Assembly (NCBI GenBank): GCA_900551885.1
Contig: URXS01000001.1
Coordinates: 720-64,719 of the forward strand
Length of the DNA stretch: 64,000 nucleotides
Direction: 5' to 3'
Source: an uncultured Oscillibacter sp.
GTDB lineage: Bacteria > Bacillota > Clostridia > Oscillospirales > Oscillospiraceae
Positions 8,400 through 18,270 of the stretch are shown here, piece after piece. Numbering within the stretch: position 1 is the stretch's first letter; each line of letters starts with the position of its first letter. Made by a program: the position numbers and the translations under genes. The notes below the pieces were generated by a model that was given only the letters and a program-made list of their open reading frames with translations, was not told the DNA's origin and searched no databases.

Positions 8400-10822
8400 C
8401 ACGCTTCTCCCAGTGAGGCGGCGATCTCCTCTGCGTAGCGCACCGTCTCCATGGCATCCTTGGCGTACTTGTCGGCACCGATGCGGTCGGCGTATTCCTG
8501 GGTCAGCACGGCGCCGCCCACCACCACCTTGCACCAGGGAGCCCCCAGGCGCAACTGCCGGATGGTCTCCTCCATGGCGGGCACCGTGGTGGTCATCAGG
8601 GCACTGAGCCCCGCCAGGGGGGCGTGGAGCCGCTGCACCGCCTCCACTACTGCCTCCGGTGCCACGTCCCGGCCCAGATCCGTAACGGCGAAACCGTAGT
8701 TTTCCAGCAGGAGCTTGACGATATTCTTGCCAATGTCGTGGATATCCCCCTGAACCGTGGCGATCACAAAGGGACACTTGGCCGCCGTCTCCCCCTTCTG
8801 GGCGGAGAGAGCAGTCTTGATCTCCTCGAAGGCACCCTTGGCGGCCTCGGCGCTCATCAGCAGTTGAGGCAGATAGATGGTCTTATCCTCGAACCCCTTG
8901 CCCACGATGTCCAGTGCCGGGATGATCTCCTGCCGGACGATCTCCAGGGGCTCTACCGTCTCCAGCAGGGACCGGGTGGCGGCCGCCGCCTGGTCCTTCA
9001 GCCCCTTCACCACCGCCCGCTGTAAGGCGGAGCGAAAATTTTCCTCCTTGGGCGCCGCCGCAGCCGCCGCGGGAGCGACAGCCGGGACCTGGGGCACATC
9101 CTGGGCCGCGAAAGCGATGTAACCAGCGCAGTTGTCGTCCAAGCCCAGCAGAGCCCGGTAGGCGTGATAGGTCCGCAGCATCCCGGCGGAGAAAGGGTTC
9201 ATGATGGCCGCCGACAACCCCCGGCCCAGAGCCAGGGCAAAGAAGGCCGCATTGACCCCCTCCCGGCCCGGCAGGCCGAAGGACACGTTGGACACGCCCA
9301 GGGAGGTCCGGCAACCCAGCCGGGTGCGGATCAGTTCCAGGGACTCCAGGGTCACCTGGGCGGCCTCAGGCGCGGCGCTGACAGCCATGGCCAGGGGATC
9401 GAAGATGATGTCCTCCTGGCCAATGCCGTATTCCGCCGCCCGCTCCAAAATTCGCTCTGCCACGGCGAGACGACCCTCGGCGGTCTCTGGGATGCCACTC
9501 TCGTCCAGGGTCAGGGCCACCACCACGCCGCCGTACTTTTTGGCCAGGGGGAACACCGCCGCCATGCTCTCCTCTTTTCCGTTGACGGAGTTGATCATGG
9601 CCTTGCCGTTATAGCGGCGCAGGGCCCGCTCCATGGCGATGGGGTCGGAGGTATCGATCTGCAGCGGCAGGTCCACCACCGCCTGGAGACGGCACACCGT
9701 CTCCTCCAACACCGCCGGCTCGTCGATCTCCGGCAGGCCCACATTTACATCCAGCACCTGGACGCCCTTCTCCTGCTGGCGGATGCCCTCGGTGAGAATG
9801 TAGTCCATGTCTCCCTGCCGCAATGCCTCCTTGAACCGCTTCTTGCCGGTAGGGTTGATGCGCTCGCCGATCAGGATGGGATCATCCCCGAAATCCACGG
9901 CATGGGTGTAGGAGGAAATACAGGTGATGGCCTTTTTCTCGATGGGTTTCGGCACCAGGCCCCGTGTCCGCTTCACCAGAGCGGCGATATAGGCGGGGGT
10001 CGTGCCACAGCAGCCGCCGGCAAGGCGCACCCCCTGCTCCATCAGCGCCGCCGTGTCCTCCGCAAATTCCTCCGGCGGTACATCGTAGACGGCCCTGCCG
10101 TTCTCCTCCCGGGGCAATCCCGCGTTGGGCTTGAGGAGTACCGGCACGGAGGCCCGGCGCAGATATTCCTCCACCACCGGAGCCAGGGCCTTGGGGCCCA
10201 GGGAGCAGTTGACGCCGATGGCGTCAGCCCCCATGCCCTCCAGCATGGCCACCATGGCCGCCGGAGAGGCACCGGTCATCAGCTTGCCGTCCTCGCCGTA
10301 GGCGTTGGAGACGAACACCGGCAATCGGGAGTTCTCCTTGGCAGCCAGCAGGGCCGCCTTGGTCTCGTAGCTGTCGTTCATGGTCTCGATCAAGATCGCA
10401 TCCGCCCCGTACCGGACGCCCAGGCGCACCGTCTCGGCAAAGGCAGCCACCGCATCCTCAAAGTCCAGGTCGCCGTAAGGCTTCAGCAGCTTTCCAGAGG
10501 GCCCGATATCCAGGGCCACAAACTTCTCCTGGCCGCCGACAGAGGTATTCCGGGCGGCCCGGGCGTTGTCCAGCGCCGCCGCCACGATGGCCTCCAGGTG
10601 GTCCATCTCAAAGCGCAAGGGGTTGGCGCCGAAGGTGTTGGCGCACACCATGTTGCTGCCGGCGTCAAAATAGGCCCGGTGGATGGCGGTGACCTCCTCG
10701 GGATGGGACAGATTCCACTCCTCAGGGTTTTCGCCGGGCTTCAGGCCCCGGGCCTGCAGCAGCGTGCCCATGCCGCCGTCCAGGTAGACGGTTCCCTTTT
10801 TCAACAGTTCCAAAATGCCCAT
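8399..10822 (-). CDS. metH: B12-dependent methionine synthase core (Hcy, folate and B12 domains; no activation domain)
   Basis: DGGMGT, GGCCGTTP, IGERINPTG, DIHDIGKN, SALMTTT motifs. Confidence 0.92.
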   Translation of the reverse strand: MGILELLKKGTVYLDGGMGTLLQARGLKPGENPEEWNLSHPEEVTAIHRAYFDAGSNMVCANTFGANPLRFEMDHLEAIVAAALDNARAARNTSVGGQEKFVALDIGPSGKLLKPYGDLDFEDAVAAFAETVRLGVRYGADAILIETMNDSYETKAALLAAKENSRLPVFVSNAYGEDGKLMTGASPAAMVAMLEGMGADAIGVNCSLGPKALAPVVEEYLRRASVPVLLKPNAGLPREENGRAVYDVPPEEFAEDTAALMEQGVRLAGGCCGTTPAYIAALVKRTRGLVPKPIEKKAITCISSYTHAVDFGDDPILIGERINPTGKKRFKEALRQGDMDYILTEGIRQQEKGVQVLDVNVGLPEIDEPAVLEETVCRLQAVVDLPLQIDTSDPIAMERALRRYNGKAMINSVNGKEESMAAVFPLAKKYGGVVVALTLDESGIPETAEGRLAVAERILERAAEYGIGQEDIIFDPLAMAVSAAPEAAQVTLESLELIRTRLGCRTSLGVSNVSFGLPGREGVNAAFFALALGRGLSAAIMNPFSAGMLRTYHAYRALLGLDDNCAGYIAFAAQDVPQVPAVAPAAAAAAPKEENFRSALQRAVVKGLKDQAAAATRSLLETVEPLEIVRQEIIPALDIVGKGFEDKTIYLPQLLMSAEAAKGAFEEIKTALSAQKGETAAKCPFVIATVQGDIHDIGKNIVKLLLENYGFAVTDLGRDVAPEAVVEAVQRLHAPLAGLSALMTTTVPAMEETIRQLRLGAPWCKVVVGGAVLTQEYADRIGADKYAKDAMETVRYAEEIAASLGEA

Positions 10823-10832
10823 GGCGTCTCTC

Positions 10833-11495
10833 TCACTCTCTGTATGCACAGTCTTGTTTTCCGCAGGCGGCGCAGCCCGCCCCGGCGCAGTCCTCCCCTG
10901 CCCGGTCCGTAACGCCGAAGATGGCGGTGACAGACTTGGAGGGACTCATCAAAAGGCTTTCGTTCAAGGTCAGACCGATCTTCCGGGAACAGTCCAGCAC
11001 CCGGAAGATGTCCGTCTGCATGGCCAACGGCACGTCCCCGTAGCCGGGGCTGAACCGGACGGTGACACCCCGGCCCCGCCGGGCCAGTTCCTGCGCCCGC
11101 TGGGCGCAGAAGGCGTCGCACAGCGCCTCGATCCGCTCGGCGCCGATGGCCTGGAAAAAGAGTCCCCTGGCCGGGGAGACGGCGCCATACCGGGCGATAA
11201 GCCGGTCCAGCTCCAGCCCCACGGTGGCGGCGAAAAGCACACACTCCCGGCAGCCGGACAGCCGCCGGGCGAGGGCCTGGGAGCCTGTCCAGGCAAAACC
11301 CAGGTCCAGATCGTCCGCCGCCGGAGATACCGGAAAGGTATCCCAGCAAACCTGACAGCGGAGCCGGTCTCCTAGCTCCGCCAGACAGCTCTCCAGCAAA
11401 TCCATCTCCGCCGGGCCGGGCTGGCGGCAACCCGCGTAACGCAGGATCTCCCGCCGGTCTACGGGAGGCGGGGAAAAGGACAGCACCTGCACCAT
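10833..11495 (-). CDS. Stand-alone methionine synthase activation domain
   Basis: RFSPGYGD and PSKSVTA motifs with a Cys-rich tail; lies between metF and metH. Confidence 0.88.
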   Translation of the reverse strand: MVQVLSFSPPPVDRREILRYAGCRQPGPAEMDLLESCLAELGDRLRCQVCWDTFPVSPAADDLDLGFAWTGSQALARRLSGCRECVLFAATVGLELDRLIARYGAVSPARGLFFQAIGAERIEALCDAFCAQRAQELARRGRGVTVRFSPGYGDVPLAMQTDIFRVLDCSRKIGLTLNESLLMSPSKSVTAIFGVTDRAGEDCAGAGCAACGKQDCAYRE

Positions 11496-11499
11496 AGCC

Positions 11500-12375
11500 T
11501 CAGCCCAGGATGTTGGACAGATTGTCCAGAATCTTGGCAGCCACGTCAGGCGTATTCATGGTATAGACGTGGACTGTCTTGATGCCGTTGGCGAACAGAT
11601 CGATGATCTGGTCCGTGGCGTAGGCAATGCCCGCCTGCTTCATGGCGTCGGGGTTCTCCCCGAACTTGTCCACCAGGCTCTTGAATCGCTGGGGCATGAA
11701 GGATCCGGAGAGCTGGATGGCCCGCTCCACCTGGGTGGCCTTGGTGATGGGCATGATGCCCGGCAGCACCGGCACGGTAATGCCGGCCTCCCGGATTTTA
11801 TACAGGAAATTGTAAAACAGGTTGTTGTCAAAGAACATCTGGGTGGTGAGGAATTCACACCCGGCGTCCACCTTCTCCTTCAGATGGAGGATGTCCTCCC
11901 GCTGGTTGGCACTCTCCGGGTGGACCTCCGGATAGCAGGCACCGCCGATGCAGAAGTCCGCACCGCTCTCCTTCAGCTCCCGCACCAGCTCCACCGCATG
12001 GTGATAGGCCCAGCCGCTGCGGTCCCCCTGGGCCAGCTCCGGCGTCAGGTCGCCCCGCAGGGCCATGACGTTCTCGATGCTCGCCGCCTTCATATCCTCG
12101 ATGCGCTCTCGGACCAGCTCCCGGGAGGAAGAGACGCATGTCAGGTGGGCCACAGTGGGCACGCCGTACCGCTCCCGGATATTCCGGGCGATCTCCAGGG
12201 TGTACTTGCTGGTACCGCCGCCGGCGCCGTAGGTGACGCTGACAAAGGCGGGACCCAGGGCCGCGATCTGTTCTGTGGCGGCCTTAACACTTTCAAAGGC
12301 GCTGGTGGTCTTGGGAGGAAACACCTCAAAGGAAAGGGACAGTGCGTCCCGCTTCAAAATTTCAGAAACCCGCAT
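11500..12375 (-). CDS. metF: Methylenetetrahydrofolate reductase
   Basis: SFEVFPPK, SVTYGAGG, AHLTC, ALRGD, TQMFFD motifs. Confidence 0.96.
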   Translation of the reverse strand: MRVSEILKRDALSLSFEVFPPKTTSAFESVKAATEQIAALGPAFVSVTYGAGGGTSKYTLEIARNIRERYGVPTVAHLTCVSSSRELVRERIEDMKAASIENVMALRGDLTPELAQGDRSGWAYHHAVELVRELKESGADFCIGGACYPEVHPESANQREDILHLKEKVDAGCEFLTTQMFFDNNLFYNFLYKIREAGITVPVLPGIMPITKATQVERAIQLSGSFMPQRFKSLVDKFGENPDAMKQAGIAYATDQIIDLFANGIKTVHVYTMNTPDVAAKILDNLSNILG

Positions 12376-12651
12376 GGTACTCCAGCCTCTCTTTGCAAAT
12401 TTGCTTCTTTCCTTCATAATTGGCACTATTCTACCGCCATTGCCCTGTATAAATCAAGGGTGGAAACCACTAAATCGTACCGTTTCTGCACAAACCCGGC
12501 GAATATGTTCCCCTATTGGTGTCACGGGGAGCTCCGACCGGTTCGATTCAATCGGGAAAAACATTCGAAAGAGGATTGCCTTCTCGTGCCAGCAGGGGTA
12601 TAAAACAGCGGCAGGCTCACTTCTCTGCACGCAAAAAAGAGCGGATATCCG

Positions 12652-13539
12652 TTACGTTTTGGAAAAGCGGCGGTTCATGTACCGGGGATTCACCCACTGG
12701 ACATAGAACAGGCACAAAATGATATGGAGGGCCAGCCCCACCAGTCCGATGCCCCCATCCGCCACCAACAGCCCTACTCCGAGCTGAGTAGCGCAGTAGC
12801 CCAGCTCGATCAGGCTGTTTTTCCGCCTCTGGGCCGGGTCCTTTTCCAGCAGCAGATTCCGGGCCATCCAGGCAGATACAAATACCAGCGGCGCCAGACT
12901 GAACCAGAAAGCGCCCCAGTAGTCCTCCCGCCCCTGATTGACCCACCACAGGCACTGGGCCGTGCTGTACACCAGGCCTGCCTGGGCGGCGATGGGCAGC
13001 AGTACCAGGTTGCTTTGCAGGATGGGATTTTTCGCTGTTGCCCTCTGGAGTCGGGGCCGCAGAACCATCCACAGCCCCACTGCCGCCGTCACCATGCACA
13101 GGGCGAACAGCCACTCCAGGTGGTGATATTTCAAAAATCCCGTCAGCCCTTCATAGACCTGGGTCCATTCCCTTCCGGCAGCCGCTATGGTCACCACCGC
13201 CGGAAACACAGAGCTGAAAATCCCCATCAGCAGGATACCCAACAGGGACACGCCCAGCACTGCTGCCCCGCCGATCACCCAGCCCCGGCCAGCCGTTTTT
13301 CCGGCACGTGCCGGGGCGGGTTCCTCCCGGGTCCCCCAGTCCTGTTCCTCGTCCAGCAGCCAGTCCACGCTGACGTGGAAATATCGGGCACAGGGCAGCA
13401 ACTTAGCACCGTCCGGCAGGGCCGTTCCCTGCTCCCAACGGCTCACCGCCTGCCGGGAGACCCCCAGGGCGTCCGCTAGGGCCTCCTGGCTGAGTCCCTC
13501 CCGCTTCCGCAGCCTGGTCAGCTTCTCTGAAAATGTCAT
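12652..13539 (-). CDS. XRE HTH protein fused to a multi-pass membrane domain
   Basis: LSQEALA..GVSRQAVSRWE followed by several hydrophobic segments. Confidence 0.85.
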   Translation of the reverse strand: MTFSEKLTRLRKREGLSQEALADALGVSRQAVSRWEQGTALPDGAKLLPCARYFHVSVDWLLDEEQDWGTREEPAPARAGKTAGRGWVIGGAAVLGVSLLGILLMGIFSSVFPAVVTIAAAGREWTQVYEGLTGFLKYHHLEWLFALCMVTAAVGLWMVLRPRLQRATAKNPILQSNLVLLPIAAQAGLVYSTAQCLWWVNQGREDYWGAFWFSLAPLVFVSAWMARNLLLEKDPAQRRKNSLIELGYCATQLGVGLLVADGGIGLVGLALHIILCLFYVQWVNPRYMNRRFSKT

Positions 13540-13712
13540 GGCAGTTCCTCCTTTTCGCCCTCCATCCTACCAAAAGCCGCCGGGAAAGTCCACCGCACTG
13601 CCCGGACAGAGCCGCAACCAAACGTAACACCAGCGTTTTTTCTGAAATTATTCTGCTTCCACGCAGCAATTTTCGCCCTTCCAGGGTATTCTTCATAGAA
13701 GGATGTGATCAC

Positions 13713-14171
13713 ATGCCCGATACCACCGGTGCGGTGGACCGCTGGGGCCCGGCGGTCTATCGCCTGGCCTGCGCTGCTACCGGAAACCGCAGCGACGCTG
13801 ACGACGTGTTCCAGGAGGTCTTTCTCCGCTATCACCGCTCGGCTCCGGAATTTGCAAGTGAAACCCACGAAAAGGCCTGGCTGCTGCGGGTCACCGCCAA
13901 CCGGACCAGGAGTCTGCTCGCCTCACCCTGGCGGCGGCGCAGCGTGCCCCTGGAAGACGTATACGCCTGTTCAGGGCCGGAGGAATCCGCCGTAGCAGAG
14001 GCTCTGGCGGCCCTGCCGCCCGGAGACCGGACCCTGCTGCACCTGTACTATTACGAGGGCTACCGGACTGAGGAACTGGCCCGTCTTCTGGGCCGCAAGA
14101 GCACCACCGTTCGTAGCCAACTGACCCGGGCCCGGCAGAAGCTGGCCCGTCTTCTGAAGGAGGAACCATGA
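13713..14171 (+). CDS. ECF sigma factor
   Basis: DADDVFQEVFL, KAWLLRV, LYYYEGY, TVRSQLTRAR motifs. Confidence 0.9.
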   Translation: MPDTTGAVDRWGPAVYRLACAATGNRSDADDVFQEVFLRYHRSAPEFASETHEKAWLLRVTANRTRSLLASPWRRRSVPLEDVYACSGPEESAVAEALAALPPGDRTLLHLYYYEGYRTEELARLLGRKSTTVRSQLTRARQKLARLLKEEP

Positions 14172-15217
14172 ACTTTCAGGAAGTCTATGCCCGCATGAAC
14201 GAACCGCTTCAGCCCTCTCCCGCTCTGGTGGAGCAGGTTTTACGGCGGACAAAGCACCGCCGCCCTTGGCGGCGGCTGGCGGCGGCTGCTATCGCCGCAG
14301 CCATTCTTCTGGCCACCCCTGCCCTGGCGGTGCGGACAGAGATCGGCTATCAGCTTTTGTACCGGATGTCCCCCGCCGCCGCTCAGTTCTTCCAGCCGGT
14401 GCAAATACGGTGCACGGACCAGGGTGTCACCATGGAGGTAATCGCCGTTCAGGTAAAGGGCGACACCGCCCAGGCCTATATCACCTTCACCGGCGGCACC
14501 GTGGACGCCACCACGGACCTGTTTGACAGCTACTCCTTCCACCTGCCCTTCGATCAGACAGGTCACTGTGAGCGAGTAGGCTGGGATGAGGTCACCGGCA
14601 CCGTCACCTTTCTCTGCACGGTCCAGACCATGGACGGCTCCCCCATCCCCACTGGCAGGAAAATGACGTTTTCCGCCCGCCAACTGCTGACAGGGAAGAA
14701 AGCGCTGGAGAACGCGGAGGTAAATCTGAACCTGGGAGACTATTTAGCAGAGACGGAGACGGCCTTTACCTGGAAACCGGAGGACCAGACCACCGGACAG
14801 GAGCAGCCAACAGATGCCTTTTTCCGTACAGGCGGAGGCGGCGATTTGGATCTGGCGGACACCATGCCCATGCTGCCGGGGCCGGTCCTGGCGGAACCCG
14901 CCAAAGGGCTAACCATCACCGCTGCCGGATATGCCGGCGGTCTGTTCCACATCCAGCTCTGCCGGGGTAACGCCACCCAACTGGACAACCACGGTCGCCT
15001 CTGGCTGGAGGCAGTGGACGGCACCCAGATAGAGCCCTTGTGCAGCGCCGCTTTCGCAAGTTCAGGCCAAGCAGACCGGTTGGACTATGATCAGTTTGCC
15101 TTTGACGTGGCCCCCGCTGATCTGGTCGGCTATACCCTCCGCGGCGACTTTTATACCTCATCTACCCTTATTGAAGGCCTTTGGCAGGTAACTTTCCCAC
15201 TGGAGAACAATTTTTAA
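14168..15217 (+). CDS. Putative anti-sigma factor (DUF4179-like)
   Basis: Overlaps the sigma stop; basic patch, single TM segment and extracellular domain. Confidence 0.65.
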   Translation: MNFQEVYARMNEPLQPSPALVEQVLRRTKHRRPWRRLAAAAIAAAILLATPALAVRTEIGYQLLYRMSPAAAQFFQPVQIRCTDQGVTMEVIAVQVKGDTAQAYITFTGGTVDATTDLFDSYSFHLPFDQTGHCERVGWDEVTGTVTFLCTVQTMDGSPIPTGRKMTFSARQLLTGKKALENAEVNLNLGDYLAETETAFTWKPEDQTTGQEQPTDAFFRTGGGGDLDLADTMPMLPGPVLAEPAKGLTITAAGYAGGLFHIQLCRGNATQLDNHGRLWLEAVDGTQIEPLCSAAFASSGQADRLDYDQFAFDVAPADLVGYTLRGDFYTSSTLIEGLWQVTFPLENNF

Positions 15218-15317
15218 CGTTTTTTATAAAAAAGCGCCTGGAGAATTTCTCTGGGCGCTTGCCATTTTTCGGAATGGTGGTATGATGTTAGGCAGAACGA
15301 ACAACGGAGGAATCCCT

Positions 15318-16238
15318 ATGCTGGATATGTTGGAATTTTTGAAGGATGAGGGTGTGGACGCCGGCCTGATCGAGCAGGTCAAGACTTTCCGCGCCCAGTT
15401 CCCGCCGGAGGAGAGCCTGCGCCGCCGGGTGCCGGATCCCCGGTACCTCTACTATGGCAAGGCCATCTGGGAGGAGGCCATCACCGCCCTTCTGTGCGGA
15501 GAGAATCTGCTGCTGGTTGGCCCCAAGGCCACTGGCAAAAATGTGCTGGCGGAGAATCTGGCCGCCACTTTCAACCGTCCCAGTTGGGACGTGTCCTTCT
15601 ACATCAATACCGACGCCGCCACCCTTCTGGGCACCGACACCTTTGAACAGGGTCAGGTGAAGCTGCGGAAAGGCCCCATCTACCAGTGTGCGGAAAAAGG
15701 CGGCTTTGGTGTTCTGGATGAAATCAATATGGCCAAAAACGAGTCCCTGGCAGTGCTCCACGCCACGCTGGATTTCCGCCGGGCCATCGATATGCCCGGC
15801 TATGACCGCATTCCCCTGCACGCCGCCACCCGCTTTATCGCCACCATGAACTATGGTTACGCCGGCACCCGGGAGCTGAATGAGGCGCTGACCTCCCGTT
15901 TTGTGGTGATCGATGTGCCCGCCATCTCCGAGGAGGGCCTCCAGAAGCTGCTGACCCGGGAGTTTCCCCGGCTGCGGCCAGACTATGCCTCCCAGTTTGC
16001 CGGCCTGTTCCGGGACATCCAGAAAAAGTGCGACGGCGGTGAGCTGTCCACCAAGCCGCTGGACCTGCGGGGCCTGATGGCCGCCGTGCGGCTGATCCAG
16101 GCCGGTCTGGACGGGACCCGTGCCCTGCAGTTGGGTCTGGTCAACAAATCCTTTGACGACTTTGAGCGGCAACTGGTGATGGATGTCATCCGCACCCGTC
16201 TGCCGGACGGCCTGACCGCCAAGGACGTGTTCAACTGA
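15318..16238 (+). CDS. MoxR/NorQ-family AAA+ ATPase
   Basis: GPKATGKN, VLDEIN, ATMN, LNEALTSRF motifs. Confidence 0.88.
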   Translation: MLDMLEFLKDEGVDAGLIEQVKTFRAQFPPEESLRRRVPDPRYLYYGKAIWEEAITALLCGENLLLVGPKATGKNVLAENLAATFNRPSWDVSFYINTDAATLLGTDTFEQGQVKLRKGPIYQCAEKGGFGVLDEINMAKNESLAVLHATLDFRRAIDMPGYDRIPLHAATRFIATMNYGYAGTRELNEALTSRFVVIDVPAISEEGLQKLLTREFPRLRPDYASQFAGLFRDIQKKCDGGELSTKPLDLRGLMAAVRLIQAGLDGTRALQLGLVNKSFDDFERQLVMDVIRTRLPDGLTAKDVFN

Positions 16239-17956
16239 TGGAAATCCGGGACAGCGAAAAGCGGCGGGCCAGGAACCTGATCTGGAACGCCGCCGAGGAG
16301 TACGGCTTCGAGCCGGACTTCAAGGTCTACGATGAGACAGGCCAGGCAGACCTCTATTGGAACAGCATCATCGGCGCCGTCCGGAAAAACTATGGTGCGG
16401 CACCCATTGACGCCCTGTTCGCCAGTATCCACGGCAGCCCCCATGAGGAACTGTATGAGCAGTTGATCTGGCTGGGGCTGGAAAACGCGGCCTTCTGCCA
16501 GGAGGCCCCGCACCGTCCCGCCCTGCCCTTCCTCCGGGAGCAATATGCCCGGCATGTACTCTCCCTGAGCCGGTCGGGCGCCTCCGGCGATCTGCTGGCC
16601 ATTCTGGAGGAAGCCCATTTTCAGCGGGCTCTGGGGCAAAATCCTCCCCTGCTTCCCCGGGAACGAGAGATGCTGGACGCCCTGGAATTCCCCGGCGGCC
16701 TCAGCGGAGAGGCGCTGGCAGAGCGGGCGCAGCAGTTTCTCAGCGCCTACTTTCACTTTGTTCCCGGTGAGGGAACGGAGGACGAGAAGAAGCGGAAAAA
16801 GCGCCGGGTCCCTCTGCTGGGCCGCAAGTCCCGGACCGACAAGGAGCTGCTTCCCGTCCGAGGCTTCGCCTACGGCTTCGGGGAGCATGTGGTGCCTGAC
16901 GGGGGACGGCAGGTGGAGACCTTCCACTCCTCCCTGACCTGGTCCGGCATGCGGGGCCAGGACGCGGCCACCATGCGGACCTATATCAAAAACTGCTTTG
17001 GCCAGCCCCTTTACGATGAGGCCACGGAGCAGAAGCTGGAGAAAGACCTTTGCGTGGACGAGCACACCGGCTGCCATCTCTATTACGCCAAGGGCAGCAA
17101 CGACCTCTCCCCCGACGCCAAGGGTTATGCCGCTTCCTTGCGGAAGGACGCGCTGAAGCAGATGGAAAAAAACCGCGCCAGCTATCAGGCGGACATTACC
17201 CGCAACCGCAACAGCATCAACCGCCTGACCGCCCGCATCCGCAACGCACTGCTGGCATACCTCCAGCCCACGGTGGTCAACTCCTCCTCCGGCACTCTGA
17301 ATGCCGGCCGCATCTGGCGAGGGCTATATCTGGACGACGACAAGGTCTTCACCAAGACCCTGAATACCGATCCCGGCGATCTGAGCGTGGATCTGCTGCT
17401 GGACGCCTCTACCTCCCAGATCGACAGACAGGCCATTGTCTCTGCTCAGGGCTACATGATCGCCGAAAGCCTGACCCGCTGCGGCATTCCCGTCCGGGTC
17501 TCTGCCTTCTGTTCCCTCAGCGGCTACACCATTCTGACCCGCTTCCGGGACTATCGGGAAGCCGACAAAAATGACCGAATCTTCCACTACTTCACTACCG
17601 GCTGCAACCGGGACGGGCTAGCCATCCGGGCTCTGGGACGGGAACTGGAGGACTCTCCCTGCGAGCACCGCATGGTGATCCTCCTGTCCGACGCCAAGCC
17701 CCACGACGTAAACAAGCTGGTACAGCCCTCAGACTCGGTGGATTACTCCGATCAGGCCGCCGTTTCCAATACCGCGGCGGAGATCCGCTCCCTGCTGCAC
17801 CGCGGCATTGCGGTGGTGTGCGTCTTCACCGGCGACGACGAGGACATCCCTTCCGCCCACACCATCTATGGTCGAAACTTCGCCCGTATCCGTTCTCTGG
17901 ACCAGTTCGCCGACACCGTGGGCACTCTGATCCAAAACCAGATCCGCAGCCTGTAA
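16238..17956 (+). CDS. VWA-domain protein (NorD/CobT-like)
   Basis: C-terminal MIDAS DASTS, NRDG, LSDAKP; start overlaps the ATPase stop. Confidence 0.8.
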   Translation: MEIRDSEKRRARNLIWNAAEEYGFEPDFKVYDETGQADLYWNSIIGAVRKNYGAAPIDALFASIHGSPHEELYEQLIWLGLENAAFCQEAPHRPALPFLREQYARHVLSLSRSGASGDLLAILEEAHFQRALGQNPPLLPREREMLDALEFPGGLSGEALAERAQQFLSAYFHFVPGEGTEDEKKRKKRRVPLLGRKSRTDKELLPVRGFAYGFGEHVVPDGGRQVETFHSSLTWSGMRGQDAATMRTYIKNCFGQPLYDEATEQKLEKDLCVDEHTGCHLYYAKGSNDLSPDAKGYAASLRKDALKQMEKNRASYQADITRNRNSINRLTARIRNALLAYLQPTVVNSSSGTLNAGRIWRGLYLDDDKVFTKTLNTDPGDLSVDLLLDASTSQIDRQAIVSAQGYMIAESLTRCGIPVRVSAFCSLSGYTILTRFRDYREADKNDRIFHYFTTGCNRDGLAIRALGRELEDSPCEHRMVILLSDAKPHDVNKLVQPSDSVDYSDQAAVSNTAAEIRSLLHRGIAVVCVFTGDDEDIPSAHTIYGRNFARIRSLDQFADTVGTLIQNQIRSL

Positions 17957-18076
17957 CCGTCAGTAAAACCATCTTTGCCCCGGCGAATGATTTCGCCGGG
18001 GCTTCTTCTTACCCCCTACTACCGACACCATAGAGGTGACCATCATGGACGTATTCCCGTTATGGCCAGCAAATAC

Positions 18077-18089
18077 CGTAAACGTTTGA
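18077..18089. promoter_or_regulatory. LacI-type operator upstream of pit
   Basis: CGTAAACGTTTGA, identical to the reverse complement of 35282-35294. Confidence 0.55.
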
Positions 18090-18171
18090 AATTTTAGTCG
18101 TAATTTTTTACAGCTTTCTTCTGACCGAATTAGCATTTTTGTTGAAAATAACAAATAACTGCAAGTTTTTA

Positions 18172-18200
18172 TTGACACAATTTACTCTAATAGCCATAAT
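18172..18200 (+). promoter_or_regulatory. Sigma-A promoter of the pit operon
   Basis: TTGACA-17 nt-CATAAT; operator-like GAAATCGTTTGC at 18240-18251. Confidence 0.7.
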
Positions 18201-18270
18201 AAAGTTAGTTTTTTAAAGGTGTGCGAAAAAAACGTTCCCGAAATCGTTTGCACTATTCGTTGGAAGGGAA

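Noticed and set aside
12376..12651. SAM riboswitch or Met T-box before metF
   Set aside because: No S-box core or T-box motif recognised; a plausible promoter lies close to the start
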